NCBI GenBank assembly: GCA_037138335.1
Contig: JBAXIO010000014.1
Span: forward strand, 2,393 to 66,392
DNA length: 64,000 nucleotides
Reading direction: 5' to 3'
DNA from: Bacteroidota bacterium
Lineage (GTDB): Bacteria > Bacteroidota > Bacteroidia > Bacteroidales > FEN-979
The notes beneath the pieces were generated by a model. It was given only the letters and a program-made list of their open reading frames with translations. It ran no database searches and was not told where the DNA came from. This document shows positions 17,487 through 27,249 of the stretch, one piece after another. The position numbers were made by a program, and so were the translations under genes. Position 1 is the stretch's first letter. Each line of letters starts with the position of its first letter.

Positions 17487-18712
17487 GGCTTCGGTTTTGG
17501 AGGTAAAAAATATCGATGCACTTTTATATGCCGGCTTACAAAAATGAAAGTTCGTTCATACCATGTAAGGAATATCTTGTAAAAAATGACCGGGACCAGG
17601 AAATACGTGGCGTGTATGCTATAGTTGCAGGTTTTGTATAGGATAAAGAAAGCATAGACCAGCAGGATATTTATTGCAAGCAGGATTGCCGGGAAGAGAA
17701 GGTCAAACAATTCGGGCGACCTGGCATTAAACCAGGTAAAGAAAAGAACATACAGGTAACAGATGATAAAAGAAAGTAGAACCTGCAGCCAAACAGGCAT
17801 CACGTTGATATAATTGCCCGACAGTATCATGCTTGCGGCATTTGCATGTATCACCACCCCGTACATGTCGGGGTGTGACCGTCCGGCCAGTTCCGGGTTC
17901 ATGGGGGTAAAATAAATATCCTCGAGATCAATGGGGTGCCTGAATGAATAGCCCAGGTATCCCATCAGGACGATCTTTCCCCTGATCATGCTGAGATCGG
18001 AGGCGGAGTCAAGAACTTCATCTGCATCATAGCTGATAAATGCATTGCGGTTGCCTATGTAGTTGATTATTTCACGCTGGTTATCACGCTCAGCCAGCCG
18101 GCGGAAGGCGGCCGGATCATACATTCTTACGACTGTGGCAGCCATTGCCCACAGGGTGTCCCCCCTGAATACCTGCATGGGGCTGAAGCTTCTGATTGTT
18201 GATGTCTCCGGGTTGGCTCCTCCCAGGTTAATAAAGGCCCTGATGCCGCTTTTAAAGTAAGGATCGGAGGTTTCCAGGCTTTCGAAATTCTTACCGGAAT
18301 TATCCCGGTCTGAAAGGTAGCAGGCCATGGCGAGGTTTCGCCCCCGGCTCAACTGATCAGCAAGCATCGCATCGGAGGCTGAATCGCGCCGGAGCGAAAA
18401 AAACCCGTCGAACCCGATCACTTTCGGATGGTAGCTTCGTATCCGTCGTATTTGGGTTGCGATCTGCTTCCTGTCGAGATGGCCTATGTTAACAAGCACA
18501 ATGTTCGTGTCGAGCAGCTCCTGTTTCGAACTGAGTTTCGAGTATAACAGGTCACTGAAATTGAAATCGGTCAGGGCTTTCTCAATGGGATCAAAGAAAG
18601 TAAGGTTCAACGCAATAATTTCTGTAAGGGCCACAGTAACGAATAAAAGAAAAGTGACCACAAAAAAGTCAGGCCGTACCCAACGGAATATCTTTAAACC
18701 CTTTGGTCTCAT
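17483..18712 (-). CDS. CHASE2 domain membrane protein without a recognisable output domain
   Basis: An N-terminal TM helix is followed by an extracytoplasmic region of about 290 aa with a CHASE2-like layout (IVLVNIGHLD..., KVIGFDGFF..., GKIVLMGYLG..., GVVIHANAASMIL). Three C-terminal TM helices follow and the protein then ends. Confidence 0.7.
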   Translation of the reverse strand: MRPKGLKIFRWVRPDFFVVTFLLFVTVALTEIIALNLTFFDPIEKALTDFNFSDLLYSKLSSKQELLDTNIVLVNIGHLDRKQIATQIRRIRSYHPKVIGFDGFFSLRRDSASDAMLADQLSRGRNLAMACYLSDRDNSGKNFESLETSDPYFKSGIRAFINLGGANPETSTIRSFSPMQVFRGDTLWAMAATVVRMYDPAAFRRLAERDNQREIINYIGNRNAFISYDADEVLDSASDLSMIRGKIVLMGYLGYSFRHPIDLEDIYFTPMNPELAGRSHPDMYGVVIHANAASMILSGNYINVMPVWLQVLLSFIICYLYVLFFTWFNARSPELFDLLFPAILLAINILLVYAFFILYKTCNYSIHATYFLVPVIFYKIFLTWYERTFIFVSRHIKVHRYFLPPKPKP

Positions 18713-18886
18713 TTACAAAGCTTTAAAACAGGTTGTATGAGCATTAACAGCTTGCTTATGCCTCCAACTACTAAATTAATACTATTTTTCAGAACAATAA
18801 AAAAAATTGACCGGCAACTTAAGAGGGTATGTTTTCAGCATGAACAACTCAATCGTCAGGATCACCAAGCCATCGCGATTTTTATT

Positions 18887-18894
18887 TACCTTTG
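18887..18894 (+). promoter_or_regulatory. Bacteroidota -7 promoter box (TAccTTTG) for dsbD/sucA
   Basis: TACCTTTG lies about 27 nt upstream of ATG 18922. Confidence 0.5.
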
Positions 18895-18921
18895 CACCCT
18901 AACAAACCGAACCCGGAAATC

Positions 18922-21063
18922 ATGAGAAGCACACTTTTCTTCTTCCTGGCATTTGCCCTGATGCCTTTATTTATATTTTCACAGATCCTCGAGCCGGTTA
19001 AATGGTCGTTTAAAGTTGAACAGAACAAACCCGGCGAGGCTACCCTGCTTCTAATCTCAAATGCAGAGAGAGGATGGCATACTTATTCACAGGAAGTGAT
19101 TCCCGACGGGCCTGTGCCAACTGAGTTCACTTTTACTAAAAGCGCTGATTATGAACTGAACGGGAAAGTAATCGAGCCGAAAGGTGTTAAGGAAAAAGAC
19201 CCGCAGATGAACAATATGGTCGTGACTTTTTTCCCTGACAAAGCCATTTTCAAACAAAAAATAAAAATCCTTGGCAAGAAAGATTTCATCATCAGGGGCA
19301 ATGTGTATTTCATGTGCTGCAATGACCGTTCCTGCATTGCCCCTACCGAGGCTGAATTCGAATTTGCTGTGAGGGGAAACCCTGGAGCCGCTGCTTCATC
19401 CCAGGCCGGGCCCGGGACAACAAACCCGGCACAACAGGCTGTGGCTGCCCCGGTAAACCAAACCCAGCCTGCGGCGAAAGCCGGCTCCGTCACCGACACA
19501 TCCAAATCAGGAAAAGCCGGAAGCAACGTAAAACAGGACACTGCTAAAATCAGCCAGATCAGCACAACCCCTGCCGGGACGGAAGCCAATAAATCTTTGT
19601 TTGTGTTTTTCTTCATCAGTTTTCTAGCCGGCCTGGCTGCAATCGTAACACCTTGCGTATTCCCCATGATCCCGATGACTGTGACCTTTTTCATGAAAGG
19701 CAGTGAGAACAAAGGCAAAGGGCGTATGCAGGCCGTTGTTTACGGGCTTTCCATCATCGTTATTTATACCGTCATCGGAACAATTGTTGCAGTTACGCTG
19801 GGAGCCAACTTTGCCAATTTCCTGAGCACCCACTGGATACCCAATGTCTTTTTCTTCCTTATCTTCATGGTATTCGCAGCCTCATTCCTGGGGATGTTCG
19901 AGATCACACTTCCCGGCTGGCTGGTAAACAAGGCCGACAAGCAGGCCGATAAAGGCGGGTATACGGGCGCTTTTTTCATGGCCTTCACCCTGGTACTGGT
20001 TTCCTTCTCCTGCACAGGGCCCATAGTGGGCGCCATCCTCGTGCAATCGGCAAGCGGGGAGATTATTATGCCCATCATCGGGATGCTTGGATTCTCGCTG
20101 GCATTTGCCCTGCCCTTCGGATTATTCGCTTTCTTCCCCTCATGGCTTGCAGGCCTGCCTAAATCGGGCGGATGGCTGAATTCGGTCAAGGTCGTCCTGG
20201 GGTTCATTGAAATTGCCCTGGGCCTCAAATTCCTCAGTATTGCCGACCAGACATACCATTGGCATATCCTCGACAGGGAAGTCTATCTGGCATTGTGGAT
20301 CATCACCTTCACCCTCATGGGGTTCTACCTGCTCGGAAAACTTAAATTCCATCATGATTCCGACCTTCCGTTCATCAGTGTGCCCAGGCTGCTGCTGGCG
20401 ATCATTACCTTCTCTTTCGTGATCTATATGGTCCCCGGGATGTTTGGTGCGCCTCTTAAAGCCTTGTCAGGCTACCTCCCTCCCGAAACCTCTCTCGATT
20501 TCGACCTCACGCGGATCATACGGGAAGAAGTCAAAGCAGTTTCAGGCAGCGGGAACGGCGGTAACACCTCATCCGCCCTTTGTGAAAAACCGAGGTACGA
20601 TGACTTCCTGAAACTCCCCCATGGGCTCGAAGGGTATTTCGATTACAAACAGGGCCTCGCCTGCGCTAAAAAAGCGAACAAGCCGTTGTTTATTGACTTC
20701 ACCGGCCACGGTTGCGTAAACTGCCGCGAAATGGAAGCCAATGTCTGGTCGGCACCTGCGGTCCTTCAAAGGCTGCGTGAGAAGTTCATTGTGACTGCGC
20801 TGTATGTGGATGACAAAACCGAAGTCCCTGAAAAAGAATGGATTACAAGCAAATACGACGGCAAAGTGAAGAAATCGATAGGTAAGATCTACGCCGATCT
20901 CCAGATATCCAGGTTCAACATCAATTCCCAGCCATATTATGTGCTGCTCGACACCGCCGGCAACCTGCTGGCCCAGCCCCGTGCATATAACCTCAACGTG
21001 GATGAATTCGTGAAATGGCTCGACGGGGCCCTGGAGAATTTCGGGAAACAACAAAAAAAATAA
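18922..21063 (+). CDS. dsbD: Thiol:disulfide interchange protein DsbD (protein-disulfide reductase)
   Basis: The start is taken at MRSTLFFFLAF (signal peptide). The central polytopic domain carries VTPCVFPMIP and SFSCTGPI. The C-terminal thioredoxin domain carries FTGHGCVNCREME. Confidence 0.85.
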   Translation: MRSTLFFFLAFALMPLFIFSQILEPVKWSFKVEQNKPGEATLLLISNAERGWHTYSQEVIPDGPVPTEFTFTKSADYELNGKVIEPKGVKEKDPQMNNMVVTFFPDKAIFKQKIKILGKKDFIIRGNVYFMCCNDRSCIAPTEAEFEFAVRGNPGAAASSQAGPGTTNPAQQAVAAPVNQTQPAAKAGSVTDTSKSGKAGSNVKQDTAKISQISTTPAGTEANKSLFVFFFISFLAGLAAIVTPCVFPMIPMTVTFFMKGSENKGKGRMQAVVYGLSIIVIYTVIGTIVAVTLGANFANFLSTHWIPNVFFFLIFMVFAASFLGMFEITLPGWLVNKADKQADKGGYTGAFFMAFTLVLVSFSCTGPIVGAILVQSASGEIIMPIIGMLGFSLAFALPFGLFAFFPSWLAGLPKSGGWLNSVKVVLGFIEIALGLKFLSIADQTYHWHILDREVYLALWIITFTLMGFYLLGKLKFHHDSDLPFISVPRLLLAIITFSFVIYMVPGMFGAPLKALSGYLPPETSLDFDLTRIIREEVKAVSGSGNGGNTSSALCEKPRYDDFLKLPHGLEGYFDYKQGLACAKKANKPLFIDFTGHGCVNCREMEANVWSAPAVLQRLREKFIVTALYVDDKTEVPEKEWITSKYDGKVKKSIGKIYADLQISRFNINSQPYYVLLDTAGNLLAQPRAYNLNVDEFVKWLDGALENFGKQQKK

Positions 21064-21064
21064 A

Positions 21065-23830
21065 ATGGACCAATTCTCATATCTCAATACGCCGGATAAT
21101 GCCGTGATAGAGGAACTTTTCGAGAAATTCCGCAAAGATCCTGAATCGGTAGATGAATCATGGCAAAAATTCTTTGAAGGCTTCGAATTCTGCCAGAAGA
21201 ATTATAAAGCCGAGGAAGGCGAAGCTTTCCTCTATCCTAACGAGTTCAAGGTCATGAACCTGATCGCCGCTTACCGGCAGAGGGGGCATTTGTTCACAAA
21301 GACCAACCCTGTGCGCACCAGGCGAAAGTACACGCCAACACTTGATATTGAGAATTTCGGATTGGGCAAGGATGACCTGATCAAGCATTTCCAGGCCGGG
21401 AAGGAACTTGGCCTTGGCAATGCAAAACTCAGCGATATCATTGAACATCTTCAAAAAACCTATTGTGAATCGGTCGGCATCGAATATTATTATATCCGCA
21501 GGCCCGAGGTCGTTCAATGGTTTATCTCTAAAATGGAACCGGCCAGGAACGCTGCTTCATTTTCAATTGAAGAGAAAAGCATTATCCTGCAGAAGCTTTC
21601 CGGGGCAGTACTGATGGAAAAGTTCATCCATAAGAAGTTCCCCGGCCACAAAAGCTTCTCACTCGAAGGTGTTGAATCCCTTATTCCCGCCCTGGATGCG
21701 GTTATCAGGAAGGGTTCAGGTCTCGGTGTGAAAGAATTCATACTGGGCATGGCACACAGGGGTAGGCTGAATGTTCTTGGCAACATCATGCAGAAACCAT
21801 TTAAACAGATCTTTTCAGAATTTGAAGGGAAAGAATACAGCGATGACGAGCTCCTGGGTGATGTCAAGTACCATCTTGGCTATTCCACCATAGTTCCGGG
21901 CTCAGACGGCGAGCAGCTTAGCCTTACCCTTTGTCCGAACCCTTCCCACCTTGAAGCCGTTGACCCTGTTGCCGAAGGACTCGCACGCGGGCGCATCGAC
22001 CATAATTATGAGGGCGATAATTCGAAGGTCGTCACTATACTAATCCACGGCGATGCTTCGATTTCAGGCCAGGGTATCGTTTATGAGATAACCCAGATGG
22101 CCGACCTTGAAGCCTATAAAACCGGCGGGACCATCCACCTTGTAATCAATAACCAGATCGGTTTCACCACGAATTATCTTGACGGGAGATCAAGTGTTTA
22201 CTGCACCGATGTGGCAAAAGCCATACAGTCGCCCGTATTCCATGTAAATTCCGATGACGTTGAAGCGGTAGTTTATACGGTTCAGCTTGCCATGGAATTC
22301 CGTCAGCATTTTCACAAAGACGTGTTCATCGACCTCCTTGGATACCGCAAATACGGGCATAACGAAAGCGATGAACCCCGGTTTACCCAGCCTATACTGT
22401 ATAAAATCATTGAGAAGCATCCCGACCCCCTCGAGATATACGTTGCAAAACTTGAAGAAGAAGGGCTTGCAACCAATTTTGACATAGAGGATCTGCGCAC
22501 CGGGATCAACACCGCGCTTGAACTGGCATTCCAGTCCTCAAAAACGATTGAAAAAGCTGATATTACCCCATTCCTCGGCCCCTTATGGAAAGATATCCGC
22601 AGGGCTTTGCCCGAGGATTTCGCCAGGTCTCCCATTACTGCGATCGGCGAATCAACTCTCAGGGAAATCGGTAACAAGCTGACCTTACTTCCAGATGGGA
22701 TTAATTTCTTCCGCAAAATAGTGAAACTCCAGGAAGACCGTAGAGCCATGCTTGAAGGCGAAGGCAGGCTTGACTGGGCGATGGGTGAGCTCCTTGCATA
22801 CGGTAGCCTGCTCAGGGAAGGCCGACCAATACGCATCAGCGGGCAGGATTCCCAGCGGGGCACCTTTTCACACCGGCATGCCGTGCTGACGGTTGAGGAC
22901 TCGGAGGACAAGTTCATTCCCCTTGATCATATCAGCGAGGAACAGGCCTCATTCAGGATCTACAATTCCCTGCTGTCGGAATACGGGGTGCTGGGTTTCG
23001 AATACGGGTTTGCATTCGCTACTCCCGGGGGACTTACTATATGGGAAGCCCAGTTCGGGGATTTCAATAACGGGACCCAGGTCATTATCGACCAGTATCT
23101 CAGCAGTGCTGAAGATAAGTGGAAAGTCATGAACGGGCTCGTCCTCTTCCTACCCCATGGCTATGAAGGCCAGGGGCCTGAACACTCCAGCGCCAGACTT
23201 GAACGCTTCCTGACCCTCTCGGGCCATTATAACTGGCAGATCGCTAACTGCACTACCCCCGCGAATTTCTTCCATCTTCTCAGGAGGCAACTTGTAAGGG
23301 AGTTCCGTAAACCACTTGTTGTATTCACTCCGAAAAGCCTGTTGAGGCACCCCCGCTGTGTTTCCCCCATCAGCGGGTTTACACATGGCGGATTCAGGGA
23401 AGTACTTGACGATACGGGAGTGGATAAAAACAAAGTCAGCAAGCTGGCATTCTGTTCGGGGAAGGTATTCTATGATATCATGGAGAAAAGGGAACAGCTC
23501 GGGGTCGATAACGTGGCCGTTATCAGGCTTGAACAGCTTTATCCCCTGCCCGAAGAGGAACTGAAACAAGTGGTTTCTTCCTATCCGAATGCCAAACATT
23601 TCGAATGGGTCCAGGAAGAACCCGCCAATATGGGCGCATTGAATTATATCGTCCACAATTTCCCGAAACTTAAACTGACCTATGTGGCCAGGCCGCCAAG
23701 CGGAAGCCCGGCCACAGGCTCATCACAACTTCACAAGGTACAGCAAAACCTCATTGTTGAAAAAGCCCTTGGAAAATGTACATGCGAATTTTCGTATGGT
23801 TCATGCAGGTTGCATTGTGCAGAAAAATGA
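21065..23830 (+). CDS. sucA: 2-oxoglutarate dehydrogenase E1 component
   Basis: 921 aa with MAHRGRLNVLGN, GDVKYHLGYS, IHGDASISGQG, AQFGDFNNGTQ and LPHGYEGQGPEHSSARLERFL. Confidence 0.9.
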   Translation: MDQFSYLNTPDNAVIEELFEKFRKDPESVDESWQKFFEGFEFCQKNYKAEEGEAFLYPNEFKVMNLIAAYRQRGHLFTKTNPVRTRRKYTPTLDIENFGLGKDDLIKHFQAGKELGLGNAKLSDIIEHLQKTYCESVGIEYYYIRRPEVVQWFISKMEPARNAASFSIEEKSIILQKLSGAVLMEKFIHKKFPGHKSFSLEGVESLIPALDAVIRKGSGLGVKEFILGMAHRGRLNVLGNIMQKPFKQIFSEFEGKEYSDDELLGDVKYHLGYSTIVPGSDGEQLSLTLCPNPSHLEAVDPVAEGLARGRIDHNYEGDNSKVVTILIHGDASISGQGIVYEITQMADLEAYKTGGTIHLVINNQIGFTTNYLDGRSSVYCTDVAKAIQSPVFHVNSDDVEAVVYTVQLAMEFRQHFHKDVFIDLLGYRKYGHNESDEPRFTQPILYKIIEKHPDPLEIYVAKLEEEGLATNFDIEDLRTGINTALELAFQSSKTIEKADITPFLGPLWKDIRRALPEDFARSPITAIGESTLREIGNKLTLLPDGINFFRKIVKLQEDRRAMLEGEGRLDWAMGELLAYGSLLREGRPIRISGQDSQRGTFSHRHAVLTVEDSEDKFIPLDHISEEQASFRIYNSLLSEYGVLGFEYGFAFATPGGLTIWEAQFGDFNNGTQVIIDQYLSSAEDKWKVMNGLVLFLPHGYEGQGPEHSSARLERFLTLSGHYNWQIANCTTPANFFHLLRRQLVREFRKPLVVFTPKSLLRHPRCVSPISGFTHGGFREVLDDTGVDKNKVSKLAFCSGKVFYDIMEKREQLGVDNVAVIRLEQLYPLPEEELKQVVSSYPNAKHFEWVQEEPANMGALNYIVHNFPKLKLTYVARPPSGSPATGSSQLHKVQQNLIVEKALGKCTCEFSYGSCRLHCAEK

Positions 23831-23891
23831 CACCTCAAATTTTGGAACGGGAACATTATTTAGTACCTTAGCATTTCCAAAACAAAAGACC

Positions 23892-25760
23892 ATGAAAAAA
23901 TTGTACCTGTTTTTATTGATCTGCCTGTTGCCTGCCGGTTTAACCATTGCACAGCAGTCTAAAGCCGACATGTCGGCCCTTGACAGAATGTATCATCCGA
24001 CTACCGGTTCAAAAGCGCTTCATTTTTCCGTTCCATGCGCAGGTTTTGTAAACAACCCTTCGGCCGACCTGCAGTGGCGTGCAATCGTAAACCCGGCGCC
24101 AATAAGACATTCCACCGAGAAGAACGAAGAGGTTGAAAGGCTTAAAGCTGAGCGCCTCCGGATGAAACTTGCCAACCCTGGGCTTAAATCAGCAGCCTCT
24201 GAGAACTCAGGCAACGGGGCTACGCCCGAGATTGGTACTAATTTCGGAGGCAACCACTGCAATGGAAGCTCCCCCCTTGACAATACCATTGCCGTTTCCA
24301 ACGACGGGAGGATTGTGAGTGTATCAAACACCACCATTTTCTATACCAATACTTCAGGAGCCAATTTGTATTATAATAACCTGATCTCCTTTATAGGCGA
24401 CAGTGAGATTACCGGGGTTTGCGACCCTGTCGTTATCTATGATGGCACGGTTGACCGCTTTGTATTTTTCTGCCAGGTTTCACCCCTGAATTCAGTAAAA
24501 TCAAAATTGCTGGTGTTCTTCTCCAAGTCGAATAACCCTGGCGACGGATGGCATTATTACAAACTCTCGGGCAACCCCCTGGGCGACGCAAGCGCTTTCG
24601 ATTACCCGAAACTGGCCTACTCCAACAACGAGCTGTATATAACCGGCAACCTCTTCCGTGATTCCGACGGGAAGTTCAACCAGGCCGTACTTTACCAGAT
24701 CACCAAAGGCCCTGCTTTCAGCGGGGGGACAATTAACTTCACGGTATGGCACGGCATCCAGGGCAACCCGTTCACATTATGCCCCCTTTCCTTTGGACAG
24801 CAGGGGAGTTACGGTCCGGGATGCTACCTGGTCGCCACTTCATCCTCAGATGACAATAAATTCAGCTTCTATGATCTTACAGATGATCTTTCAACCGGCC
24901 TGGCAGAATTAAAATACTATTCAATAAACACCAATGCTTACCAGGTTGCGCCGGATGCCCTCCAGCCAGGCACCGCTGTAAAGCTGAACACAAATGATGC
25001 CCGCACACTGAGTGGTTTTTACCTCAACAAGGTTGTTCATTTCGTATTCAATTCGGTTTATACGAACAATTATTGCGGTATCAATTACAACAGGTTTGAC
25101 CTGACTGCATCACAGAACAGATCGATCGTTTTCGGGCTCGACGGAGCCGATTATTCCTATCCTTCGGTAGCCTCAAGCGGGGTGAACAACAGCGACCAGG
25201 CTGTCCTTATTGGATTTCAGAAGTCCACAACCACATCTTACCCCTCGATACGGGTTGTAGAATGTGACAATACAATGGCATGGTCGGGTTCGGTTGAAGT
25301 AAGGTCAGGCGACAATTATGTATATTATACCGGTGACCCCGAACGATGGGGCGATTATTCGGGGATCTACCGCAAATACAATGCCACCAGGCCTACCTGC
25401 TGGATAAGTGGGGCCTTCGGCGGTAGCGACAACCAATGGGATACATGGATTGCCGAAGTGTTCGATAATTCAAACGGAATTGAAACAGTTGCAAGCCAGA
25501 CAGCTTCCCTCAGTGTGTACCCTAACCCGGTGGTCAATATCTTCTCTTTGGATTTCACTCTTGAGGAAGCCTCTCCTCTTACCATCGATATCATTGACAA
25601 CAATGGTCAACTTGTTAAGAAACTATATGAAGGCAAAGGATATCAGGGTAAAAACATACTTACTTTTAATAAGGCAAACCTGAAACCCGGAATATATTTC
25701 ATTATCCTGAAGTCGAATGAAACTGTGTTGAAAAATGAAAAACTCATTATCGGCGGTTAA
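23892..25760 (+). CDS. T9SS-sorted secreted protein of unknown function
   Basis: The real start is at MKKLYLFLLICLLPAGLTIAQ (internal ATG of track ORF 23682). The C-terminal CTD reads LSVYPNPVVNIFSLDF...[21 protein letters not shown]. Confidence 0.7.
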   Translation: MKKLYLFLLICLLPAGLTIAQQSKADMSALDRMYHPTTGSKALHFSVPCAGFVNNPSADLQWRAIVNPAPIRHSTEKNEEVERLKAERLRMKLANPGLKSAASENSGNGATPEIGTNFGGNHCNGSSPLDNTIAVSNDGRIVSVSNTTIFYTNTSGANLYYNNLISFIGDSEITGVCDPVVIYDGTVDRFVFFCQVSPLNSVKSKLLVFFSKSNNPGDGWHYYKLSGNPLGDASAFDYPKLAYSNNELYITGNLFRDSDGKFNQAVLYQITKGPAFSGGTINFTVWHGIQGNPFTLCPLSFGQQGSYGPGCYLVATSSSDDNKFSFYDLTDDLSTGLAELKYYSINTNAYQVAPDALQPGTAVKLNTNDARTLSGFYLNKVVHFVFNSVYTNNYCGINYNRFDLTASQNRSIVFGLDGADYSYPSVASSGVNNSDQAVLIGFQKSTTTSYPSIRVVECDNTMAWSGSVEVRSGDNYVYYTGDPERWGDYSGIYRKYNATRPTCWISGAFGGSDNQWDTWIAEVFDNSNGIETVASQTASLSVYPNPVVNIFSLDFTLEEASPLTIDIIDNNGQLVKKLYEGKGYQGKNILTFNKANLKPGIYFIILKSNETVLKNEKLIIGG

Positions 25761-25965
25761 AATCCTCGTCCTGCTTCCACTGCTGTTTTTCTGCAGCCCG
25801 AAAACCTCACAACAGGTGGCGGGCAAGGCAGATAAAGCGGGCGAGGTCAGGGTTGACACTTTGAACAAATCGGCTCCCACCCAAATAAATCAAAGGATCA
25901 TACACAATTCTGCCGACCAGAAAACCGTTGATTCCTTAAAGAAAGTCAGGGAGAAAAGGAAATAA
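25735..25965 (+). CDS. Small lipoprotein (76 aa), function unknown
   Basis: The signal has a lipobox-like LLFFCS. The mature part is Lys/Gln-rich. It overlaps the end of the upstream gene by 26 nt and ends 2 nt before sucB. Confidence 0.5.
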   Translation: MKNSLSAVKILVLLPLLFFCSPKTSQQVAGKADKAGEVRVDTLNKSAPTQINQRIIHNSADQKTVDSLKKVREKRK

Positions 25966-25967
25966 TT

Positions 25968-27236
25968 ATGGCTATTGAGATCAGGGTCCCCAGTCCGGGT
26001 GAATCTATAACACAGGTGCAGCTTGCAAAATGGCTTGTAAACGACGGGGAACAGGTTGAAAGAGACCAGGAAGTCGTCGAAATCGATTCCGACAAGGCAT
26101 CTTTTCCTGTAGCATCACCCGAAGACGGGGTCATACGTTTCAAAGCGGCAGAAGGGGACACCATTGGCGTAGGTGCGGTTATTGCTGTTATTGAGCCTGG
26201 TTCCGGGGCCGGCCCGGCAGGTAAAAAGTCAGAAGTTCAAGGTTCTGCGACCAGAGCGGAAACACCGGAAAAGGCTGCTTCCTCCCTGCCGGCAGCCAGG
26301 GAGGACAGGAACAGGCCCGGCGGGCCTGGAGAAGACCTGGAGAAACTGCATGCTTCCCCTCTTGCAAAAAAAATCATTGAAGAAAAGGGGGTCAGGGTAA
26401 ATGAGCTCGCCAGGGCTTACCCCGGGAAGAAAATTAACCGGAATGATGTTGAAACATTCATCAAAGACAGGAAGGCCGACGCTCCGTTATCCGCATTCGG
26501 CAATATAAGAAAAGAAGAGAGGAAGAAGCTTACGACCCTGAGGCTTAAACTTGCCGAGAGACTGGTTGCTGTTAAGAACCAGACTGCCATGCTTACGACT
26601 TTCAACGAGATCAACATGAGCTCGGCACTTAAGCTCAAAGACAGGTACAGCGAGGTATTCAAACAGAAATATGGTGTGGGTATCGGGCTGATGTCGCTGT
26701 TTGCCAAGGCTGTGACTATAGCCATCAGGGACTTCCCCCTGGTGAACAGTATGATTGACGGGGATGAACTTGTCAGCCCTACGTTTGTGGATATCGGTAT
26801 TGCCGTGAGCGCCCCCAAAGGCCTCGTGGTTCCGGTGATCAGGAACGCGGAAACGCTGAGCCTTGCAGAACTGGAGATCAAAGTCAAGGAATATGCCGTA
26901 AAGGCCCGTGACGGCAAACTCAGTATAGATGACATGAAAGGCGGCACGTTTACCATTACGAATGGAGGCGTATTCGGATCCCTGATGTCAACCCCTATCC
27001 TTAACCCGCCCCAAAGTGCAATACTTGGGATGCATAAGATCATGGACAGGCCTATCGCAGTCGACAGGCAGGTCGTGGTTGCGCCTATGATGTATATTGC
27101 GCTTTCGTATGACCACCGCGTGATTGACGGCAAAGATTCGGTAGGGTTTCTCATCAAAGTAAAGGAACTGATTGAAGACCCGCTCAAAATGCTCACTATG
27201 GGCGAAGACCCGGTAACGCTTCTGCTCGACCTGTAA
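25968..27236 (+). CDS. sucB: Dihydrolipoyllysine-residue succinyltransferase (2-oxoglutarate dehydrogenase E2)
   Basis: The lipoyl domain ([12 protein letters not shown]), a PSBD-like segment ([14 protein letters not shown]) and the catalytic block SYDHRVIDG are present. Confidence 0.9.
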   Translation: MAIEIRVPSPGESITQVQLAKWLVNDGEQVERDQEVVEIDSDKASFPVASPEDGVIRFKAAEGDTIGVGAVIAVIEPGSGAGPAGKKSEVQGSATRAETPEKAASSLPAAREDRNRPGGPGEDLEKLHASPLAKKIIEEKGVRVNELARAYPGKKINRNDVETFIKDRKADAPLSAFGNIRKEERKKLTTLRLKLAERLVAVKNQTAMLTTFNEINMSSALKLKDRYSEVFKQKYGVGIGLMSLFAKAVTIAIRDFPLVNSMIDGDELVSPTFVDIGIAVSAPKGLVVPVIRNAETLSLAELEIKVKEYAVKARDGKLSIDDMKGGTFTITNGGVFGSLMSTPILNPPQSAILGMHKIMDRPIAVDRQVVVAPMMYIALSYDHRVIDGKDSVGFLIKVKELIEDPLKMLTMGEDPVTLLLDL

Positions 27237-27249
27237 AGACTCATGGATC

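Noticed and set aside
23770-23830. A Cys-rich 17-aa tail on SucA (..GKCTCEFSYGSCRLHCAEK), considered as a possible frameshift or a fused metal-binding peptide.
   Set aside because: It may simply be read-through to the next stop. I cannot support a function or a sequencing error from the sequence alone.
23682-23891. N-terminal 70-aa extension of the T9SS cargo ORF that overlaps the end of sucA.
   Set aside because: The extension has no signal or TM character and overlaps sucA by about 150 nt. A textbook signal peptide (MKKLYLFLLICLLPAGLTIAQ) starts at the internal ATG 23892.
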